Of a DNA stretch of 64,000 nt, positions 51,716 to 63,735 are shown one piece after another. The position numbers and the translations under genes were made by a program. Each line of letters opens with the position of its first letter. Position 1 is the stretch's first letter. Source of the DNA: the human T2T-CHM13v2.0 reference genome, Homo sapiens; the NCBI RefSeq assembly GCF_009914755.1, contig NC_060941.1; one strand, written 5' to 3'. The notes under the pieces were generated by a model. It was not told the DNA's origin. It made no database searches and saw only the letters and a list, made by a program, of their open reading frames with translations.

Positions 51716-51904
51716 CAGGGTTTCTCAACTTTGGTACTATTGACATTTTGGACCAGATAATTTTTTGTTGGGGGCTGGGGGTCCTGTGCATTGTAGGATG
51801 CTCCATAGTGTCCCTGGAATCTGCACACTAGATGCCAGTAGCACCCCTTCCCTAGTTCTAACAACCAAAAATGTCACAAAATTGTCCCCCGTTGAGAACC
51901 ACTA
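51716..51904 (-). mobile_element. MER20 with intact 8-bp TSD
   Basis: cagggtttctcaac...gttgagaaccact termini, TSD GATTAAGA at 51708-51715 and 51905-51912 (hAT hallmark). Confidence 0.88.
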
Positions 51905-52623
51905 GATTAAGAGATCATTATCCTGAAATACTGAAAAACTGCAGACTTGGGCCAAAAATCATGTCATGTGCCATTTTATTTTTAGATCAGTGTGGGTGGA
52001 AGTAGTGCCAGCCATCTTCAAGCTGTTAGCCAAGACTTGAGGTTCAGTATAGACCTGCACTCTCTGACGCCATGCATTCTGTGCAAATTTACATCTGTGT
52101 GCAAGTTGCACCAAATCTCAATTGTACCAGTGAATATCATTGCTCTGCCTTCTACATCCTGCCTCCTATAACAGCAATGAAAGTGTCCTTTCTGTTGTTG
52201 AATGCATTGATTTAAACAACCTCTAAATCTATTTTGAAAGCTATGTGGAAGGTAAGTATTAAACCAAGCAAAACTGACCCTCTGTCCCCAATGGGATCTT
52301 CTAATGATGCTTTAGGAGATCTCAGGCTATGGTACTGCCCACATGCTAATACTTTCTACCCAAACCTAGCTCACTTTACAAGAATCACCCCTAAATAATT
52401 TCCACTCTTCTCTGTTCTAAGACTATTTTGACTTAACTTCCTTGCCCTCACTCCCCCTTTGGTTGGTTTAGCTAACTTTATGACTTACTCATCATAAAGT
52501 TAGACAAGTCTCTGCTTTTTTAAACCTCCTTGGCTACTGCTCAGCTACCATCTTTCCCTAAAGTGTCCCCATTGAAAGTTTGCATCTAATAACGGAAGTT
52601 GCCAACATCTTGACCTCTTTCAG

Positions 52624-52742
52624 ATATGACAATGGATGATGTTCGGGAATACGAGAAAAACATGCATGAACAAACCAACATAAAAGTTTGCAATCAGCAT
52701 TCCTCCCCTGTGGATGACATAGAGAGTCATGCCCAAACAAGT
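52624..52742 (+). CDS. PITPNC1: PITPNC1 alternative cassette exon (119 nt) of the short isoform: (D)MTMDDVREYEKNMHEQTNIKVCNQHSSPVDDIESHAQTS, followed by T-stop in the last exon
   Basis: tcttgacctctttcAG acceptor, phase-1 compatible (G+AT=Asp), donor AGT|GTACGT at 52743. Splicing to 58130 gives ACA TGA, reproducing the recalled 268-aa isoform ending HAQTST. Confidence 0.92.
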
Positions 52743-53614
52743 GTACGTAGAATTTTTAAAACATGTTGCCCACCCTTTCACAAATGCACATGTAAACTGA
52801 TCTGGGAAATACTGCAGATGCCCGGTTCGCAACCTTCCATAGAAACATGTCGTCACCCAGACCCTGTTGCTGCAGAACCTGAGCTGGATCTAAATTGGGC
52901 AGTGTCACCTCTCTCTTCCAGACATTTCGATCCCTTAAAGTTGCTTGACGTGGAGGTTATTTCGGTCATAAAACCAAGAACATGGAGAGTGGAAACACTT
53001 TTGTGGGACTAGTAAAACGGCCTGCACCATAAAAGAGCAGAGGAGTGAAAATCGATGTCATATGTAAACTAGAATAACATGTCAGTAACTTTTAAAAACA
53101 TAGCTAACACTCACTTATTCATTCAAGGGAGGGCTTCTGGCTCATCAGCTATTTTAGGTTTCTTTACATTTGCTTTGAAAAGCTTTCTGTGGCTCTTTAT
53201 AGCTGTTTTACCCAATCAGTTCCTTTTTACTTAGGATAATCTCAAGATGGGCTGCAGTCTGTGCAGACACACAGGCTGAGCAGTGAAGGGGTGTGAGCTG
53301 GGGATGTGCTGAGCTGCCTAGCAGATCCCTGGGACTTAGGGTAAGCCTTAGAGAGCCTCAGTTATTTCGTTGCACACTGGAAATTGAGAGCTGACTGTAT
53401 ATTGTATGCCAGCATTTTAAGTATCGTAATCTCTCAATCATTCATGCTAATGAAGGGTAGCTAGAGATAACAAAGAAAAGTGTAATCACCAAATCATTTC
53501 TTTGCATCTTCAGCCAGAGCTGTGATCTCTTTGGGTTCCGCCTTGAGTCCTCATGTCCATTAGCCCAGTCTCCAGAATAATACATAGTAGGTGTTAAAAA
53601 AAAAAAAAAAAATC

Positions 53615-53909
<295 letters not shown>

Positions 53910-54459
53910 TCAATGCTGTAGTTCTAGGAAATTTAGATGTGGCTGTTGTCATAAATGGATCCTTTAGAATTGTGAAGACCTTCTGATTGCACTTTGGAAA
54001 TTTTTAGTTAAATTTTTGGAGCATGTCTTTGGAATGTGCCCTGCAAGTCTCATGTGCTGCAACTGGTTGCATGTGATTGCCCTTGAGGTTGCAAGGGCCC
54101 TAACTCTTCTCCCATTTTGCATGCAGTGATCTGATTTGCAGGAAACTGTTGGAGCAAGAGGCGTTTCCTCTCTATGCACAGACCAATTCCAGTAGGACTT
54201 CCCCCTAGAAGTGCTCTTTAAGGAAACTCTCCTTGAATTTCTATCACTTTCAATTACCTTTTCTTTTAGAAATGTTGGGCCCCAGTTCCCCCTCAGCCAC
54301 TCTGAAAGCCATTCACTATAAATATGACCAGGCAAACAAAGGAAGAAGCCACAGGTAAAGAGGAGACACCAGATGGCTAAAAGATGCTAAGCTCAGTGAT
54401 TTTCTCACAGCTTATAAGCCCCTTGGCTTGGCTTTCTTTCAGTTTTACTGTGATTATTA

Positions 54460-54915
<456 letters not shown>

Positions 54916-55299
54916 TCAGGGTGAAAGATGCCTGCCACCGGAGAAGTTACACAAAGTGGTTATTTTGAATGCTTATGACATTTCCATTATCCTTTGGAAT
55001 TCCGTGAAATTGGAGCACATTTATTTTTCCTTAGTCTTTCTCCTGTATCATAATGAAAAGCAGTGAAAATCAGGAGGTGGCTCTTTGTCACAAATAAAAA
55101 CTGCATGGGTGCTAAATGAATTTTAGATCATCAACCCAAGCAGGGACAAATTAGATTGAAATTAGGCAAAATTAACATCCATGAACACAGCAGTGAGGAA
55201 ATAAGTCTTTTCAATTGAGCAGGTTCAAAGCCTTCAAGGACGGGAACTTCTAAGAGCCTCTGGGAGTGGAAAATCAAAATTCTGTGCTTTAGATTATTT

Positions 55300-55313
55300 C
55301 TGCCCCCTGCTGG
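55300..55313 (-). promoter_or_regulatory. CTCF core motif (CCAGCAGGGGGCAG on minus strand)
   Basis: Exact fit to consensus CCASYAGRKGGCRS in non-repeat sequence. Occupancy cannot be known from sequence. Confidence 0.6.
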
Positions 55314-55716
55314 CTATGTGGAGTAGAACAATGTATTCAGCCACTTGATTAAGAAAGTCTGCTTTTTCAAAGATAATATCCATTTATCATAGCAAAAACA
55401 TAACATACCCTGATACACTAAAATTTTTCTCAGTCTCAACTTTATTGTGAAATAAATGCCTCTTTTTATATAACCTTAATCTCACTTCTTAGCTCATTTA
55501 ATAGTCTTCCATGTTTTTAAAAATTGGTAAGTTTATAGGTACAATTTTTCTTGATATATGCTGAATTTTATATCTTATCCACATAGTCATAATGACTTAT
55601 ATCCTTTGTAAAAACTTTCCCTTTCAGAAAATTTTAATAATTGTTCCCAGGAAATCCTCTTAAGGATTTCATTTTGTGAAAAATACTTCTGGTTTGCTCA
55701 GATGTTATAAAACCTA

Positions 55717-56042
<326 letters not shown>

Positions 56043-56380
56043 TTAATACTGTGTTATGAATATTCATTACATACTCAGTATTTCCAAAGTGGCTATATTG
56101 TTTCCTGCTGGTTATTCCCTCCAATATTATCTAATGAAGTTTCAACTGCTAAGTACATGGCAGTGGACAAGAAACAATGAAAAATGGGTCTCTGGGGGGC
56201 CAAAACAGATACAGAAAATCCGCGGGCACTAAATTTTGCATTTTGCTCCAGGATAAGCCTTGGGCCTTGACTCAGTCTTTAATAAGCCCAGGTTCCTCTT
56301 TTCCCTGTTCCCAGCAAGTAAAAATGGCAAAGGATACCAGGGATAGCCAGGGTAACAATAATTAATAATAACAGTAATAA

Positions 56381-56660
56381 GGCTGGGCACGGTGGCTCAG
56401 GTCTGTAATCCCAGCACTTTGGGAGTCTGAGGCAGGTGGATCACGAGGTTAGGAGTTCGAGACCAGCCTGGCCAACATGGTGAAACCCTGTCTCTGCTAA
56501 AAGTACAAAAATTAGCAGGGCATGGTGGCACGTGCCTGTAGTCCCAGCTATTCAGGAGGCTGAGGCAGGAGAATTACTTGAACCCAGGAGGTGGAGGTTG
56601 CAGTGAGCCAAGATCACGCCATTGCACTCCGGCCTGTGCAACAGAGCAAGACTCTATCTC

Positions 56661-56690
<30 letters not shown>
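56381..56690 (+). mobile_element. AluS
   Basis: Alu consensus; TSD taataataacagtaataa. Confidence 0.93.
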
Positions 56691-56691
<1 letters not shown>

Positions 56692-57280
56692 AACAGTAAT
56701 AATAGAGTTTCTGAGCATGAGAGAAGAGATATCAAGCCATAAAGAGCAAATAGACCCTGAGAAGGAACTAAGGAACTGTATTTTTGCACAGTGATATATC
56801 TTCAACATATTATGTCTCAAATGTAGGAAGTATGTATAATACATTAAACACATTAGGGAAAGATTTACATTTTTTAAATACTGTTTTTACTTTCTCACTT
56901 AAATAAGAACATTTCAGGTATTTGGAAAACCTACATTATCCAACAATGATTATTAACAGTGGTATCACTGTCTTATTTGTTGAATTCCAAGTCATGCTTT
57001 TTTTTCTTTTAAATAGAATCCTCACTATTAAATGATCCTCTCCTTTCATTCTCTATTCTTTTTAAGTTTCCTCAAGAAATGGTTTTATTTTCTTGGCTTT
57101 GGAATGATTAGCAGGGTGTGGTGAAATTGTTGATTTACGTGTTTTTGAAACTGAATTTATTAAAACACAATCTCTGAACCTTCTTAGGATCGACACACAG
57201 TCAGGAAACCAGAAACAACAGCATCTTTGTGGCCCCTCAGAATAAAAAAGTATATGTATTGATTAAGAAGATAGCATGTT

Positions 57281-57585
57281 GGCCTGAGTACAGTGGCTCA
57301 CGCCTGTAATCCCAACACTTTGGGAGGCTTAGGCAGGCGGATCACTTGAGGTGAGGAATTCAAGACCAGCCTAGGCAACATAGCGAGACCCTGTCTCTAC
57401 AGAAAATACAAAAAAATTAAACCAGGCATTATGGCATGCACCTGTGGTTTCAGCCTCACGGGGCCCTAATGCAGGAGGATCACTTGAGCCCAGGAGGTCG
57501 AGACTGCCGTGAGTCATGATCGCACCACTGCACTCCAGCCTGGGTGATGCAGTGAGATCCCGTCTCAGAAAGAAAAAAAAAAAAG
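57281..57585 (+). mobile_element. AluJ
   Basis: Alu consensus; TSD aagaagatag.atgttg. Confidence 0.92.
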
Positions 57586-58129
57586 AAGATAGTATGTTGA
57601 AAAATCCTGATGATTTACCTGTTTACCCTATAAAGGTATACTTTCATGATCTAAAGTTGACAATAATGACAATAATATGTGTCATTTCAGGGCCATTGAT
57701 TGTTTTAATTACCTTCTCTTTATGAAAAATATGACCAGTTAATTATAGCTCCAAATACCCCACACCAGACCCACAACAACACAGATGCACACGGGTGCAC
57801 ACACATACACACACACAGGCACATATTTCCCCCGTCTAGTTCTGTATTCTACTGTTAAGTCCTTATTGAGAATACTTAAAATACTCACTGTGAAGAGTGC
57901 TTTGGAAAATCTTAAATGGATAATCATAAAGGGATATTGTTTTCAGGGTGTAGCTTCCAATAGAAAAAATTGGGGGTTTGGTATTTCAATGATACTTTGG
58001 GTGTATAATCGGGAGAGGCCCCTTTATGATAGGGTTCCCATAGTTCCTGTAAAAACAAGGGTAGTGATGAATCTATTTGCCTCTCTTATAAATAACTGCT
58101 CGTTTTTCTTTCTGTTTTTCTCCTTGAAG

Positions 58130-58446
58130 ACATGACAATGGATGAAGTCCGAGAATTTGAACGAGCCACTCAGGAAGCCACCAACAAGAAAATCGGCATT
58201 TTCCCACCTGCAATTTCTATCTCCAGCATCCCCCTGCTGCCTTCTTCCGTCCGCAGTGCGCCTTCTAGTGCTCCATCCACCCCTCTCTCCACAGACGCAC
58301 CCGAATTTCTGTCCGTTCCCAAAGATCGGCCCCGGAAAAAGTCTGCCCCAGAAACTCTCACACTTCCAGACCCTGAGAAAAAAGCCACCCTGAATTTACC
58401 CGGCATGCACTCTTCAGATAAGCCATGTCGGCCCAAATCTGAGTAA
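58130..58446 (+). CDS. PITPNC1: PITPNC1 terminal exon coding part (long 332-aa isoform C-terminus: end of PITP domain + Ser/Pro-rich tail), stop TAA 58444-58446
   Basis: Long pyrimidine tract + AAG acceptor (AG 58128-58129). G+AC=Asp, then ORF 58132-58446 MTMDEVREFE...KPCRPKSE matches the recalled PITPNC1 C-terminus, including the S274 (58267) and S299 (58342) 14-3-3 sites. Confidence 0.97.
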
Positions 58447-59058
58447 CTTTATATAAATATCTCATGGGGTTTTATATTTTCATTTGTTGTTGTTGTTTTT
58501 TTTTAAGAATCTTCTGATAGAGAAAAAGACTGCTTTGTCACTCAAACATGTTCCTTCGACCTTTCAGTGTGCATGTGACTCAGTAACTTCACATAGAATA
58601 TGATTCCCTAAGTATGCTACACAGCATCATATTAGATGTAAGATGTAAGACTTGCAAAGGACAGAAGGAATCTTCTGTAACCACATAGCTGTATGCCAGA
58701 GAGGAAGCCTTGTTATTGGGCATTTGATGAGGTTTGGCATGGACTTCAAGGATAAATGAATGAAAACTTTGCACCACTTTTGTTACAAGGTACGGTAGAA
58801 AATAGTGAAGTCAGTTTCCTCTCATCAAATCTAAAATTCTCCAAAATACTCTCAGGCATAACATACTTAGCTGTTAAATTTTGAACTGCTAATTACTAAT
58901 ACTTGAATACCAATAGTTACTGAGATTCCTATTTTGTGGTTAGTCTGACTCAGGATTTGGAGCCTAATTAACTCTAAACTTTTGAAAATTTTAATCATCA
59001 AGCTATAGAGGCTCCAAGTGCAATTAATAATAACTCATTTATACCTTCCACAGAATTT

Positions 59059-59064
59059 AATAAA
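59059..59064 (+). terminator. Candidate proximal polyadenylation signal
   Basis: AATAAA followed by a U/GU-rich downstream tract (cttgtttctgtctttt...ttttgtg). Confidence 0.65.
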
Positions 59065-61159
59065 GATTCTACTTGTTTCTGTCTTTTAATAACTTTCCCC
59101 TTTTGTGCCCTTGTGGCCTCAGAAATCCTTAAGAATTGCATGGATGAATGTGACCATAACTGATTTTGGAATGGTTCAGTTTAGGAACCAAGAGGCCCAG
59201 GTGAGGCAACATCTTTTTTCTCTACAGGTACCAACAAACCTTGACTTGTCAGCTTCCATCATCAATTAAGATTCTCAGAATTTGCAATTAATTGAATAGA
59301 ATTCATTTACTATCTGCCCACTCAAAGAAGTACAAGGGTAGAGTAAGCTAACTGGGCTTTAACATGGTCAGAATGTCTGGTGCATGAACTATAAAAAAGA
59401 GAACTGTCTCCCATCCCCTTCCTTGTTTTACTCTTAGTAACATCCAGAATTCCCTGGAACAGATTGCCTACCACCAGACCTTAGAAAAGACTGTCATTCT
59501 CTTGCTCCTTACTTGAAATACAAATATTGGGAATGTCACAGACATCAAGCAACTACTGTCAAGTGGGAGGAGAGAATGAGCAGAATTGCTGACTCCTATT
59601 TGTAGAGTGAAAAGGAGGAGTGATAATAGATGCCCTTCTGTCTAGCTTTCCTTTCTTCAACTAGTGGTAATGCAAGATTAGAATCAAGGTTGACAGGAGG
59701 CAAGGTCACTCACTGAAGTGACAGAAAGACAATTCTCCTTTGCTCCAAAGAGAGAAATCTGTCACCTTTGCACCTCACTGCCTTTAAACACAGACGGGAG
59801 GGCAGGCCAAATCTCAGCATTGACTTTTGTCCTCCAAGAGAGGAAGAGAAGAAGTAATTGGGCAACTTGGAGGCCCACGCCCCAGCTAGCCTTCCTGATC
59901 GTAACCTCCAACCTCAGGAAAGGGACCTTCCCAAAACACAGATCCCAAAGGAAACAAAATAGACCAAGGAGCATAATCTGCTTCTCTCACACAGCCTCTC
60001 TGCCAGTGGACCCTGCCTGCTTCCCTCTCAGTGCTCAGCACTCTGTGTAGTGTCTTTCAGGTTGATACACTCTCCCAAGGTGCAGGCGCTGGCCCCATGA
60101 GCCCAGCACCAAAGTTTTCTAAGTCATAGGTCAGACTGTCAAGATCATTTCTTTATCTATAGGTTGATATTTAGCTTAAAAAAAAAGAATAAACCTAGAA
60201 CTCAAAGGAAACCTGTTGCAAATAGCTTAGATCAACAGTGTATCTCTTCCCTAAGAATGATAGTATCTTAGTAAGACACCTTCTATGCATGGTATGGAAG
60301 CATGATTTTTGCTTGTGGGAAAACCTAATATTTTATCAGACCCCTCGGACTTCTCAATCCCTCCCTCTCCACACAGTAGTACTTAATGAAAATGTTTTGC
60401 TTTAGAGAGCAAAATGCTACTTTCAGAAGACACTGAAATAGTATATGTATTTGCTTACCATTTGCAAGCTAAAATCAAGGTGGGATGGGGTCATTATTTT
60501 CACATAGAATGTATTTATTTTGTGCAGGCTGTTAAACACATCTGGCACCTAGTTTTTCCATTAAGAGCATTGCTATTTTCCCTTTTTATAAAGTAGCTTC
60601 TGCTGTCAAGGTTAACAATTCTATATGCTTTAGGAAGCTAAGTTCTAATTTCCTTTTGTGAGTTTCATTTCTTTTATAACCAGTATGTTACCACAGACAT
60701 CAGTTGCAAAGCTACGATGATAGTGTGATTCTTAGCCGAAAAAAAAGCGTGTGCTCTTAAAGTATGTTCAGTTTTTCTGTCTACATATGCTTTGTGTGAG
60801 TTAAAAAGGGGGTGGGTGGTGTAAATATTCCTTTAGCTGCTTTGCATATTTAACCCAGTCATCAAAAGGCATAAATGACTTCAATATTTTATATATCTTG
60901 GTTTTCAAGTATCATTTCACATTCTCTATACATGACTTTGTTATTGTGGAATACAAGCCTGCAATGGATGTATATATACAGAACATTAATAATTCTTAGA
61001 AGGATGGAAGCCAAATGGCTGCATGATGGAAATTAGAAGAAAAAAAAAGCAGAAACTTGAATTTGCTAAGCATGTTTGGGGGGAAATAGAATCCTTAACT
61101 CAGTGCCTCTGTCTGCGATATGGAAACCTTCAACTTTGTTCACCAAAATTGTATTATAC

Positions 61160-61164
<5 letters not shown>

Positions 61165-61190
<26 letters not shown>

Positions 61191-61201
61191 AATATAAATA
61201 T
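61165..61201. repeat. (TA)n microsatellite in 3' UTR
   Basis: Directly visible. Confidence 0.95.
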
Positions 61202-62792
61202 AGTATAGTGAATCAGACACCATCAGTTTTAAGTCTCTGGTAGCCAAACTTAAATAAATAATCCATAGAATATCACATACGTTCACTCCATCTTCATCTC
61301 TGAAGTTAGTGGAGACCATCAAAATGACTGTACATTTCATAACTCTGGGAAGATTTCAAATGTGAAGTGCCCCTGTGCATTTTCTTGGCCATAGCACGGC
61401 ATTCTTGCTTTAGCTGTGCTTTCCTGGGATGAGAAGATCTTGGTGTATTTAACACATAAGCTTTGTTAGAAATCACCTCTGAAGATCATTTCATTTTCTC
61501 ACTTTGGGTTGTTGCAAGACAAAGCAAAGGAAAAGGAACACAATGAAGGAGGCCGTGACATTTTTAGTTGCCACCGTTGTAACTCAAACAATATGGGTTT
61601 GTTGGTGAACTGATTTATCAAGGCTTCTGTTACGGTTTTGCATCTGTGTGTGAGGAAAATTTTAATTTATTTGGAAGTATTTATTAGCCATGTTGTTGGT
61701 CCTGAAAATAAATCTCTAAGTAGCACAGTTGTGGGTATATTATGCAGACACTTACCACAATACCTGCAAAAGTAACTGTGGTTTTCTTTCAAGACACTGT
61801 AATAAACAGTGAACTAAGAGAATAGATTCTGATACATCTCGATAAATCATTCTCTGCAAAAGTTTCAGGGCTAATGTATTTATGTGTATTTTTAAATTCT
61901 ACTTTCTTTGGCATCTCTTCATGGCTCAGCGACAACAAAGTAATAGGTCATTGGCTGGCTTACGTCGATAGGAATTTTACTCTTAAGAAGGGCCAGTGTA
62001 TAGCTGACTCTACATATAATGTGTAATCAGATAATCCAATAGAGAGGAATTGTCCAAATAGTTTTAGTACCTTTCTGATCATCTGACTCAGTAGGCTAGG
62101 AGACAATCTGTCATCTGAGCCATAGTTCTTGAGATTTAAAAAGTCTGTCCAGTGACTGCAATCTGATTATGAATAAACTATTTTAACTATTCATTCTTGC
62201 TGAAACTGAAGTGTACACAATAGCACACTGTTGGCATGCTGAGGCAAAACATTGGGTTCTTTTGTGTTCTACCTTCAAAACAATCTGTTTGCATTTGAAA
62301 TATAAGTGTTTAAGCTTTTTAGGAGTTAGTGTAATAAGAGAATGTGAATATGTTGGGAAATTTTCAGATGCCATTAATAATTGTAATTTTGTTGTTAAAT
62401 TAACAAGGACTTTAGGATAAGCCTCTTGATGTTTTTTGCTTTAAATTGAAAGCATGTCTGTCAAATTGCAAGTCTCCCTTCAGTTTCTATATATCACCCA
62501 GGAGAGGGTCTCTGAGTTGGTGTTGTACCTGTACCACTCACATGTAGCTCAAGTGTAATTTGTAGTGTTTACATTCAAGCTGGGATCTTGATTGGTTAAA
62601 TTAATCCACATACCACTGCCACTGCTGAAGGACCAGGTGTTGGAATACACAGCATTACAGACTATAAGCAAAGCAAACAAAAGTTGATCCTTACATATGC
62701 CATCCTTCTGTGTCATTTTGTGGCTGTTCTGTGTTTTTCTTCCTAGTTATTTATTATTGTTAATAACTTACTTTTTCTTACATTCTGTTGTA

Positions 62793-62798
62793 AATAAA
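62793..62798 (+). terminator. Candidate distal polyadenylation signal
   Basis: AATAAA preceded by a U-rich upstream element and TGTA, followed by CA and a pyrimidine-rich tract, near the end of the Alu-free region. Confidence 0.72.
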
Positions 62799-62831
62799 AT
62801 ACAAAGCAATCTTCTTTGCAAGCGTAGCTTC

Positions 62832-62880
62832 CTCTCTCTCTCTCTCGCTCGCCCTCTCTCTCTCTCTCTCTCTCTCCTCT
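62832..62880. repeat. Interrupted (CT)n microsatellite just downstream of the distal poly(A) signal
   Basis: Directly visible. Confidence 0.95.
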
Positions 62881-63179
62881 TTAGCTATTCTCGAGGGAAT
62901 GTTAGTAATTGTTCACCTGTGGGTTGATGGGCTTGCTTCTTTTCCTCTATGGATTTTTTTACCCATCCCCATACCACTGCCACTGCTGAAGGACCAGGTG
63001 TTGGAATACACAGCATTACAGACTATAAGCAAAGCAAACAAAAGTTGATCCTCACAGATGCCATCCTTCTGTGTCATTGTGTGGCCTTGCCTGCTAGTAG
63101 GCATATGGCACCTTCAGGACCCTTGGTAGGAAAAGTCTGAGTGTCTGCACTAATTATCCAGCCAAAAATTACACAAGGT

Positions 63180-63735
<556 letters not shown>

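Larger units (their letters stand above)
58447..62815 (+). other. PITPNC1: PITPNC1 3' UTR (long form; end approximate)
   Basis: AT-rich stretch after the stop, free of Alus unlike the flanking DNA, ending at AATAAA 62793-62798. Alus resume at about 63180. Confidence 0.75.
62604..63085 (+). repeat. 121-bp dispersed direct repeat (62604-62724 and 62965-63085)
   Basis: Manual alignment: 4 mismatches, no gaps, offset 361 bp. Confidence 0.96.

Noticed and set aside
57785-58135. 116-aa ORF ending on the TGA in the terminal exon
   Set aside because: Intronic, starts in a (CA)-rich tract, low-complexity. It only shares the stop used by the short isoform.
58170-58436. Antisense 88-aa and +1-frame 83-aa ORFs overlapping the last coding exon
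   Set aside because: Expected shadows of a GC/Pro-Ser-rich coding exon, with no independent support.
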